Of a stretch of 34,336 nt of DNA, positions 22,603-31,867 are shown piece by piece (the first letter of the stretch is position 1; every line of letters begins with the position of its first letter). A program made the translations under genes and the position numbers. Where the stretch lies: NCBI GenBank assembly GCA_032718475.1, contig JAUCBJ010003073.1, positions 1-34,336 of the forward strand, read 5' to 3'. The stretch is from Nemertoderma westbladi (lineage: Eukaryota > Animalia > Xenacoelomorpha). A model generated the notes under the pieces. The model saw only the letters and a program-made list of their open reading frames with translations, searched no databases and had not been told where the DNA came from.

Positions 22603-22644
22603 CTAAAAAATATTGTATTTAATTTAAACGTTATTGTTGTTTAA

Positions 22645-23555
22645 ATGGCTACGATTTAATCATAAACCAAAAAATATCACTTTAGCACCAATATGGTAAC
22701 TTTATTCACCAAATTATATCACTTTTCAGACCAAAAAAATACCCAAAAAAAATAAATCATCGTGCACCAAATAATATCAAAAAACACCAAATTATTGGAC
22801 ATTTTTCACCAAATTATATGTTTTTTCACCAATATATTTGTTATGCAACAAATAAGTTATATTTACACCAAATAAGTTATATTTGCACCAAATAAGTTAT
22901 ATTTGCACCAAATAAGTTATATTTACACCAAATAAGTTATATTTACACCAAATAAGTTATATTTGCACCAAATAATATCAAAAAACACCAAATTATTGGA
23001 CATTTTTCACCAAATTATATGTTTTTTCACCAATATATTTGTTATGCACCAAATAAGTTATATTTGCACCAAATAAGTTGTATTTGCACCAAATAAGTTA
23101 TATTTGCACCAAATAAGTTGTATTTGCACCAAATAAGTTATATTTGCACCAAATAAGTTATATTTGCACCAAATAAGTTATATTTGCACCAAATAAGTTA
23201 TATTTACACCAAATAAGTTATATTTGCACCAAATAAGTTATATTTGCACTAAATAAGTTATATTTGTACCAAATAAGTTATATTTGCACCAAATAAGTTA
23301 TATTTGCACCAAATAATATCACATTGTCACCCATTAATATCACTTTACCACCAAATTGTATACCGCATATCACAGTATGTGAACAGAAAGTCGTTTGGAA
23401 ATAGGCCTACGTTTTGGTGTAGAAATGAGCTATTTTGGTGTAGAAGTGAGCCGTTTTGATGGAAAAGTCATTTATTTTAAAGAAACGATTTGGTGCATAA
23501 AGGTATCTAATTTGGTGGGCAAACAATTTGTTGCGTGTTTAAATTACCGAATCCT
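22645..23555. mobile_element. Foldback-like element built from 20-bp CACCAAATAAGTTATATTTG repeats with an inverted, diverged right arm
   Basis: Tandem 20-mers at about 22845-23315, including a ~200-bp higher-order duplication (about 22766 and 22967). Inverted TTTGGTG-containing units at about 20-bp spacing at 23410-23520. Weakly complementary ends (ggctacgatttaa / ttaaattaccgaatcc). Confidence 0.6.
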
Positions 23556-24196
23556 ACGACGAATCATATTTGTTATAAAATGGGTTATACACAGAACTAG
23601 AAAGCCAGCAAGCTGGCTGGAAGGAGCCCGGGGGAAGAATCCTAGCCAAGACTATTTATTACAAATGAACTATGTCAGTCAGCTGTAGGCCTACTGTAGT
23701 AAGTAGGCCCATGACCTACTATAATACGACCTGGTATGCTGCAGCAGCCCACTAAATTTAGTGGGCCTACTTGTTTCTACTTGTAAATCGATTATAATTT
23801 TGTAAATTATACTCCCCATGTGTTTTTTATAAATTGGTGATATTCATAAACTTGTTAATTAATAAAAAAACAAGTAGCACAGCTCAGATTGCAAACAAAA
23901 AATCTTAAAAACGTGTTAACCTAAGCAAAATATAAAAAGTGAAAATGTAAAGAAAAGGAGGTGAATTATATTAATATTATCACGTTCTTTATATATTTTA
24001 TTTTGACTTATTACATTATATTATTATTACGTTCTTTATATATTTTATGTTAACTTATTACTTTATTATTTTATTAGGATTGCCAACCCAATATTCCCCA
24101 GTGTGAAAACACATCAATGGCCCGATAAGGGATCTTTATTAATTAAATAGATAGAGTAACAATCCTGAAAATTAAACGTAAACCAGAAAATTAATT

Positions 24197-24415
24197 GTGT
24201 GACTCCCCTGTAGAGAAATATCTCAGTTTTAAAGAGTCTCTCTGGGCTCGGACTCAACGTGTGACCCCCCTGTAGAGAATTATCTCAGTTTTAAAGAGTC
24301 TCTCTGGGCTCGGACTCAACATGTGACCCCCCTGTAGAGAAATATCTCTGTAGAATCGAGTCTCTCTGGGCGCGGACTCACTACTATAGTGACCCCTCTG
24401 TAGAGAAATATCTCA
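24197..24415. repeat. 62-bp tandem repeat (about 3.5 units) just downstream of the P-like transposase stop
   Basis: Units start at 24197, 24259, 24321 and about 24387: GTGACCCCCCTGTAGAGAAATATCTC-N9-GAGTCTCTCTGGGCTCGGACTCA. Confidence 0.9.
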
Positions 24416-24446
24416 ATAAAGTCAGGTCTGTCCGAGATTTAAACTT

Positions 24447-25703
24447 TCACTTTTTTTCTCGCTGGCGTGTTTTGAATATTTTAACGGAATCCTCTCGCAC
24501 TGACTGTGACTCATCAATACACTTGTTGTTACCAAACACATTAACAACAGTTCTAAATACAATGTTCTTGTTAACTGCCGTGTGAGCGTCACAGCCAAAT
24601 CTAAACTCCGAGTTGACACAAAAGTGTTGGAGTAATGCAAGCGCTGCATTTCTGTAGTGTTTCAAAGTTTCTAAGTGTTTCTCGCCAGCGATAATAACTT
24701 TGAAGCAATCCGTCACGAGGTTGTTTAGAGATATTGAGGGAATGGTAAGCTTGCCTCGGTTCAATAAGTTTAAATAACGACAGTTGGTAATGGGATCAAG
24801 GTTCCAGGTATTAGTACAACTTTCGCACTGAGTCTTTACTGAAGCTTGAATTCGTACTGAATGTTTCAACAATTTATGGGCAATGTAACCGCTAATACAC
24901 ACAACTGCCTCTTTTGTCACAACATCTAATTCCGAATCATCCAGCTTTCCTTCATCTATTTCTGAAATGAGTTGAGTATATGACTCGGTCTCAATAGGGG
25001 TAAGAATCGAACTGATGTCTACGTCGGCCTTCAACATAGAACGTAGTTGGAGAATCTTCTCCGATTGCACAGCTTCTTTATGGCTGATCAGGAAGCGCCC
25101 ACCATTCATCTGTCTATAGCAGCCATATCGTCTCTCGAGTTTATCGCTCTGTAAACGACGAGTAAGAACATATTTATAGGAACCGCAACCGGAGGTCAAG
25201 AGTTTTGAACCGATATCGGCTATAACATCGTTTGTAATAGCAAACGCATTTCGAGTTTGTTGCGAAAACATGTGTGTCGAGGTAGTGTTGTCGCGTAGCC
25301 ATTCGCATAGTTGGTGGAGGAACTCCGGTTTGCCATCGCCTAGAACCATAGCATTTCCAATAGGATCCGGATGAAATTGCTCATTGGCATTAACAACCAA
25401 CCACCAGTGACTGACTAAACGAAGGAAGGAAGCGGTACATTTCTCTTCGGGATAGTAAAACTCACAGGCTGCAATAGTAGAGGGATGAAAAACTGCTAAA
25501 GCCAGAGGAACACTCTGTTTATTATTTCCAAAATGAGTTGCAGAGTAAGTCAACTTGGGAGCCAATCGTAGATGTGAGGAAGTGCAACTGTCCCGTTCCT
25601 CCACCTTGTATAAATGTTGCCATTTAATAACACCGGGAGGAACAGTATATACCGTGCTATTAAGAGAGTATTTAAATGACTTATTGATCTTAAACCATTT
25701 TTT
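24447..25703 (-). CDS. P-element/THAP9-superfamily transposase, C-terminal ~420 codons (5' part absent)
   Basis: Stop-free frame 25703-24447: IKWQHLYKV, APKLT...GNNKQSVPLALAVFH, TASFLRLVSHWWLVVN, YVLTRRLQSDKLERRYGCYRQMNGG (catalytic Glu region), ISGYIAHKL, NRGKLTIPS. No THAP domain, first catalytic Asp residues, ATG start or TIRs found. Confidence 0.85.
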   Translation of the reverse strand, partial: KKWFKINKSFKYSLNSTVYTVPPGVIKWQHLYKVEERDSCTSSHLRLAPKLTYSATHFGNNKQSVPLALAVFHPSTIAACEFYYPEEKCTASFLRLVSHWWLVVNANEQFHPDPIGNAMVLGDGKPEFLHQLCEWLRDNTTSTHMFSQQTRNAFAITNDVIADIGSKLLTSGCGSYKYVLTRRLQSDKLERRYGCYRQMNGGRFLISHKEAVQSEKILQLRSMLKADVDISSILTPIETESYTQLISEIDEGKLDDSELDVVTKEAVVCISGYIAHKLLKHSVRIQASVKTQCESCTNTWNLDPITNCRYLNLLNRGKLTIPSISLNNLVTDCFKVIIAGEKHLETLKHYRNAALALLQHFCVNSEFRFGCDAHTAVNKNIVFRTVVNVFGNNKCIDESQSVREDSVKIFKTRQREKK

Positions 25704-25891
25704 TCAGCAAAAACACAGGATACAGAAGGGCTGAATCTAAGCAAAACAATAGAAATAAGCTCTATAAAACACTTAATAAAGATAAATTTGGAAAAATACA
25801 AATTCATCATATATATAAAATTCCAAAAAAATGTCAACCGAAAAGTGAAAACCTATTCTGCACACGGGCGGACTTTCGAGTTTCAACGCAA

Positions 25892-26657
25892 TCCTACCCC
25901 GTTCCGTCCCTACCCCGTTCCGTCCCTACCCCGTTCCGTCCCTACCCCGTTCCGTCCATACCCCGTTCCGTCCCTACCCCGTTCCGTCCCTACCCCGTTC
26001 CGTCCCTACCCCGTTCCGTCCCTACCCCGTTCCGTCCCTACCCCGTTCCGTCCCTAAACCGTTCCGTCCCTAAACCGTTCCGTCCCTACCCCGTTCCGTC
26101 TCTACCCAGTTCCGTCCCTACCCCGTTCCGTCCCTACCCCGTTCCGTCCCTACCCCGTTCCGTCCCTACCCCGTTCCGTCCCTACCCCGTTCCGTCCCTA
26201 CCCCGTTCCGTCCCTACCCCGTTCCGTCCCTACCCCGTTCCGTCCCTACCCCGTTCCGTCCCTAACCCGTTCCGTCCCTACCCCGTTCCGTCCCTACCCC
26301 GTTCCGTCCCTACCCCGTTCCGTCCCTACCCCGTTCCGTCCCTAACCCGTTCCGTCCCTACCCCGTTCCGTCCCTACCCCGTTCCGTCCCTACCCCGTTC
26401 CGTCCCTACCCCGTTCCGTCCCTACCCCGTTCCGTCTCTACCCAGTTCAGTCCCTACTCCGTTCCGTCCCTACCCCGTTCCGTCCCTACCCCGTTCCGTC
26501 CCTAACCCGTTCCGTCCCTACCCCGTTCCGTCCCTACCCCGTTCCGTCCCTAACCCGTTCCGTCCCTTCCCCGTTCCGTATCTACCCAGTTCCGTCCCTA
26601 CCCCGTTCCGTCCCTATCCCGTTCCGTCCCTACCCCGTTCCGTCCCTACCCCGTTCC
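25892..26657. repeat. 16-bp satellite (CCCTACCCCGTTCCGT)n, about 48 copies, G-rich on the minus strand
   Basis: Homogeneous array with occasional variants (CTAACCCG, TCTACCCAG). Confidence 0.98.
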
Positions 26658-26954
26658 AGTCTATAAGGGAGAACTGATTCCAATAAATTGAGAGTTACTC
26701 CCCTGTAACATATAAATATAGTAAATATAGTCGAATTGATAAATAAATATAGTCTATAATTGTGAATAATAGAAGTGAATAATGAATATTCATAGTTAAC
26801 TTACCTAGAATGGATAGGACTAATTAGCATTTAGATTTACAATAATTAATTAGATTTATAATTATAATATTATATAAATTCACAGTTTTTATTACAATAA
26901 GATCATTTAATATTAATATATAAATCTATAACCTAAAATTAACCTAAATTAACG

Positions 26955-27080
26955 TACCTTCATCACGCAATGTGAGTTAGCGTGATCGTGAATAACCTAC
27001 CTTCATCACGCAATGTGAGTTAGCGTGATCGTGAATAACCTACCTTCATCACGCAATGTGAGTTAGCGTGATCGTGAATA
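26955..27080 (-). repeat. 43-bp tandem triplication of the CDO1 exon-1 3' end plus splice donor
   Basis: taccttcatcacgcaatgtgagttagcgtgatcgtgaata occurs at 26955, 26998 and 27041. Confidence 0.95.
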
Positions 27081-27319
27081 CAGGATCCTTGTCCTTCACT
27101 CCAACACAGAACAATAATGTTGTAGGTCCCGTTACCGGCATCAACTAGGTTCCGAGTGTAACGGTGCTCGTCGAACAAAGCAAACTGCTTCCAGTCCATC
27201 TCGCTACTCCTGTACGCATCCATAATCTCCTTCAAATCGTCAACGTTAACGCGTTCACCCTCGAATATTTCGTGGACTCTGGACAACATTTGATTCCAGT
27301 TTAGCGATAAACAAGTCAT
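27044..27319 (-). CDS. CDO1: Cysteine dioxygenase type 1, exon 1
   Basis: ATG at 27319. MTCLSLNW...WKQFALFDEHRYTRNLVDAGNGTYNIIVLCWSEGQGSCIHDHANSHCVMK contains the substrate-binding Arg, HxH Fe ligands and the cross-link Cys. 276 nt, phase-0 donor. An upstream exon is possible (acceptor-like ttataag about 26 nt 5' of the ATG). Confidence 0.92.
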
Positions 27320-27992
27320 CTCGGTAGAGGTTTCTTTGGCTGAGTATCTTATAACGTCCAGAAAATTAGTTACATAGACAAACCAACGCAAAATGGTTCA
27401 CTGTGACAAGGATTGTAAATAAATTACACACATTGGTAGCGGTATTACCGTGGGTAGAAGATAAACTCCCTAGTTATAATAAAAAAACAACTGGTCAGAT
27501 AACAGTTGTAATAAAAATTAATTAACTTCAGTTAGCTAATTTATATTAAAAATTTAACTCATTGCCAGTCGCGCCATCAGTCCTGCTTCCATAATGTTTA
27601 ATTATGTAAAAAAGTCAGTTGCAAGTTCTGATCACGGCAGTTGTTAATTTGTTGTAACAATATATCGAAGTAAATTCGATATAGTTCCTAAGAAGCCTCA
27701 ATAGCACGAGGGAAAGGGAGACATGATACAATAAACATATTGTTCATTGATCTATATCTCCCTGCAGCCGCAATGCAAATAAATGGTCGAGTCCCAAGTG
27801 GGCAATAAAATGAGTCCAGAAATAGAATTAGGGCAAGAAGAGATGAACACAGTAGAAATAATATATTTATAACAACTATAAACTATCTCAAGTACAACAT
27901 ATCGCCATATGGATTTCAGCAAAGAAATGGAAACCCAAGGTGACATTCATGACGTAACTTGGGAAATTTCCAAGGCATCTCTGGCCATTATT

Positions 27993-28561
27993 GCTTCAAA
28001 TCTTTAAGGTGTGTGTAAACTGGATCTTTTACTAGTGACCGTGTATATAATAAATTTCAGTTATATTGCGGCCAACAGGCCTTTAACGAACTGATAGGTA
28101 CCTACCTACAAACTCACTACTACAGACTGCCAACTGCACACAAGAACCAGTAATTCAGTAATACATACCGGTAGCCCCATCACCTTACTGAACGTAGATC
28201 GTACTGCTGCAGTAAGCGCTTTCTGCTTGAAGTTGCTCACCACCCGTCGGAAACTCGGATGCATGATTCTAATGTGGATGGAGTTCTCTATAAATCGAGG
28301 GAACTTGTGGTGCTGTTGGCAGGTGCGTAGAAATTTTGTGTGTAGTCGCTGTCTGGCTAGCTTTTCTGCTGTCAGACACATACCTAATAGGGCAAACTGC
28401 TGATCAAGCGGAAGGTTAAATTTACGAAAACTGGTGCGCGCCCTGGTCACTGGAGGTATCATAGCTTCAAATCTTTAAGGTGTGTGTAAACTGGATCTTT
28501 TACTAGTGACCGTGTATATAATAAATTTCAGTTATATTGCGGCCAACAGGCCTTTAACGAA
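27993..28561 (-). mobile_element. Internally deleted Penelope-like element: 98-bp pseudo-LTR direct repeats flanking an N-terminal ORF remnant
   Basis: Identical 98-bp direct repeats at 27993-28090 and 28464-28561. ATG at 28462 directly follows the 5' repeat. The ORF contains KLARQRLHTKFLRTCQQHHKFPRFI, resembling the HxxFLxxCxxxxxxPxF N-terminal motif of PLE ORFs. The repeats contain a hammerhead-like fold. Confidence 0.75.
28057..28094 (-). ncRNA. Candidate non-canonical minimal (type I-like) hammerhead ribozyme motif
   Basis: Minus strand UCAGUU-CGUUAAA-GGCC-UGUU-GGCC-GCAA-UAU-AACUGA: 6-bp stem I, 4-bp stem II and hammerhead-like core spacing, but the core differs from CUGAnGA/GAAA. The second copy (28528-28561) lacks most of the 5' strand of stem I. 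Confidence 0.45.
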
Positions 28562-31074
28562 TTTATTTTCATATTAATATGTTGTTTGAACCTTACTGAG
28601 CGCATTAGGGGATATGCGTACAAATAACCGGCCCTTATGAGGCTTCGATTGGGTAAATTAATAAAACATAAGGTTGTATAGTATAATATTCTAAAAACCA
28701 GTGTGATATTAAATGCACTTTAAATAATAAATAGAAATCAAATAACAATTGGACCACACAATTAAAAACTCGCACAATTTTGTACTTATTATATCGCTTC
28801 AAATTAATTCAACAGTGGATATTTGGGGGAAGGGGGAAGTTACAGTGTGCATTCGGGGGAAGTTTGGTGAACTGCATTTATGCAGTGAATCCAAACTTCC
28901 CCCTTTGATATATCATATACTTAAGACATGCTAGGGTGACGGGGAAATATTTGTTACTGTCACACTTTGCTTCCATTTATCCTATCCTTTATTATTACCC
29001 CAGTCAGATAAGAGATAATAAATCAGTAAAAACTAAACTAAACTGCCTTTCATGCAAACAAATTTCTAACTAAAGACGGGTGAATGACCATGACCATGGA
29101 AATAATTTTAAATATAATTGTATATCAACTATTTGGGGAGGCTTCCAAGTTAAACCCGAAAACAATTATTTTGTTACATAGTAAATATCGTTGTATGTTC
29201 TTCTTCCTCTCATAATAAAATATAAATGAAATATTTCAGATCGCTATGCCCTGTAACATTTCACAACCAAAATATTTAAGTGTGAAAAGTGTAGGCCTAC
29301 CACACTCCGCCCAAACAACCGCAAACGCATAGCCAACAAATTTAACAAAAGGTTACATACATGTTGGGTTCATGACGAGATGAGTGAAAATTGATCGCGT
29401 AATATAAAGTAAAAAATTAAGAGACGGGCTGGCTCTCCTCCACTTTCTTACCCAATGGATATGTTGTTGTAATAATCTAATATTGGGGCGGCTTTCTCTC
29501 GGTATTACTTAAATTTACCATGATAAGGTTGAAACTTACTTCATATGAACTGCAAACTAGACCATATTGAATCTATTTACTACTAATCTATTTTTATACA
29601 CCATTTCAGCTGCGGGATCTGTGATACTTTAATTAAGTAAGAAACATTACATAGGCCTTAACCATAATTTATTGTTCAGTTATATTACATATCTATTTTC
29701 GTTGCACAAATAAGAAATTAAATTAATTAATTATGTACGTCACCTCAAAAAACTCTATCCACCCCCTGGCGTACTTATTCACGAAAACGTCAACTGTACA
29801 CTCGTACAATACTAGATAGGCGTCGTCGGGTCTTTATCACCCGCCTCTAGTTAGACTCGGGACTGCTCGTAGTCACTGTCCTTCCAGGGCACTCTTCATT
29901 GGAACTCGCTTAATTACAATGTCCGGTCAATCCCATGTAGAACAGTGTTTTGAAAAAAACTAGAACAAATCCAATAAGCGGTTTACTCTCGCAACTGAAA
30001 GATATGAGTATGAGAACCCTCCAGGAGAAATACCGGCTCTGTCGTCGCCCGGGTCAACAAAGACCGCGTCCGTCAGCGGTACCCCACGCTGGGGTCGATA
30101 AATGGCTACTGGAACAGCCGAATGGCTACTGCTAAGCCCATTTGTAATTAAGACCCTAAACAATATCGAATCTATAAATTCCAGGGTTATGATCGCAACA
30201 TTTGATGGGAATCCCAACGTTGCCACAGTCCAACCAATGCCTCAGAGCCAGAACAAGCAGTCAAGTTTTATGAAGATCTGACTGGACTTATAAAGGACAT
30301 TCCGAAACACAATGTTAAAGTCATTGCTGGCGACCTCAATGCGCAAATTGGCCCAGAAGACATCAAGGGTTTCACCTATAACACCAGTTCTAACAGAAAT
30401 GGGTACTTACTTTTAGACCTAATGGAAGAATGTGAATTGATACCAACAAACAACACATTCGAAAAGAGTAAGGGGAAGCTATGGACCTTTCAATTCCCTA
30501 ATGGAACCAATGAAAACAACTGGATTACATCCTTATAAACAAAAAGTGGAGAAACAGCATGATCAACTGCGAGGCATACAACAGCTCGTTCAACCTAATT
30601 GGTTCGGACCACAGAATTGTGACTGCAGAGATCAGACTCAGTTTGAGAGCCAGCAAACCCAGGACAAGCAAGCAAATCAACTATGACTGGGAGAAACTCA
30701 GAACTGACAATGCTGTAAAGGATGCTTACATAGTAGAAGTTCAAAACCGCTTTGAAGCACTTCAGTCAATGGATGAAGACCAGTCCACCGATTCAATATA
30801 CCCGAATATAATAACAGCCCACAAGGAATCAGCTAATAGGCATATCCCCCAGAAACCCAAACGAAAACAGTATGTGCCATGGCAAAACTCTGAGGTTACT
30901 TGTAAGAGAGAAGATCTTAAGATAACCTGCAAAGTTAAAACCGAACAACCAACAACCGAAAACTTTAACAAGGTTGAGAAAGCTAAGGACGATCTTAAAT
31001 TGGCCGACAACATCAGACAGGAAAAGTACATACAGGATGAAATTGTAGCAATTACAACTGCTCACATACAGCAA

Positions 31075-31619
31075 CACGAAGTGGGGACTTCGCGCAGCAC
31101 GAAGTTGGCGAAGCCTTAGCGAATTGACACTGTTAGGGGGTGGGTCAATTTATGCAAATAGTTGTCGTCGTTAGTTGTTTTCACTTTCAGACCTTTGGAC
31201 CTCTAGCGGCAGACTGGAGAACTGCAGATGGATTCGCCTCCTTTGAAAGTCACAGCTAATGGTCTAATACATATCTGCCAAGTTTCAGCTTAAACGGATT
31301 AAAAGCAAAGAAATGGGAGGGCATTTAATGTTTAGACATGTGGCCCTCTAGCGGGAGACCATTGCACTGATGGTGTCTGAAAGTCTCTCAAAAATCTCAA
31401 CTTTTGCTCATATTGATACCTACAAATTTTCAACTTGGCAGCTTTAAATCCGACAAAGTTATTAGCATGTCAAAATCGTAACGACGACGACGACGACGAC
31501 GACGACAACGACGACGACGACAACGACGACGACGACGACGACAACTATTTGCATAAATTGACCCACCCCCTAACAGTGTCAATTCGCTAAGGCTCCGCCA
31601 ACTTCGTGGCTCGCCCCAC
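31075..31619 (-). mobile_element. MITE-like / HINE-like insertion with 74-bp inverted repeats and a (GAC)n microsatellite
   Basis: 31098-31171 and 31535-31608 are reverse complements with 1 mismatch. Outer GTGGGG...CCCCAC, asymmetric terminal hairpin acttcgcgcagcacgaagt, and (GAC/AAC)n at 31481-31545. The LINE A frame can be rejoined across it. Confidence 0.9.
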
Positions 31620-31867
31620 AATCAAGACTTACCTGGCAAACTGTAAATTAGGTATCTGGATATCTCTGGAAAAGTTGTGCAAAGGAGCGCCTCAAAGCCG
31701 ATAGTGCTGAAGAACGTGTTAGGAAGTGGAAAAATCACTTCAGCAACTTGCTTGGACAGCCACCAAACATCGAGGTCAGCCCTACATTAAAATGCCATTT
31801 AGTAATTAGTTCTGGTTGACCCCTTATACTGCACATAATGTACTAACTACTGTACTGTTAGTATTTG

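Larger units (their letters stand above)
22603..27043 (-). other. CDO1: 4441-bp GT-AG intron of CDO1, filled with repeats and a transposase ORF
   Basis: Donor AAG|GTAGGT at 27043 and acceptor TTTTTTAG at 22603. Splicing restores ...HDHANSHCVMK|VLSGTLKET. Confidence 0.85.

Noticed and set aside
23710-24170. Possible ends of the P-like element (CATGACCTAC.. at 23710, 20-bp palindrome at 23747-23766, short AGGATTG..CAATCCT inverted pair at about 24076-24167)
   Set aside because: No matching inverted terminus on the other side of the transposase and no TSD; too short to assign.
25788-26057. ORF with PTPFRPYPVPSLPRSV repeats
   Set aside because: Read-through into the 16-bp satellite.
20247-26657. 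CRISPR-like appearance of the 22-, 20-, 62- and 16-bp arrays
   Set aside because: Head-to-tail repeats without unique spacers, no cas genes, eukaryotic context.
27320-27391. N-terminal extension of CDO1 from the TTG start in the ORF track
   Set aside because: Non-ATG start in intron- or UTR-like sequence. The ATG at 27319 gives a canonical-length 199-aa protein.
31430-31621. Arg-rich protamine-like ORF
   Set aside because: Translation of the (GTC)n microsatellite within the inverted-repeat element.
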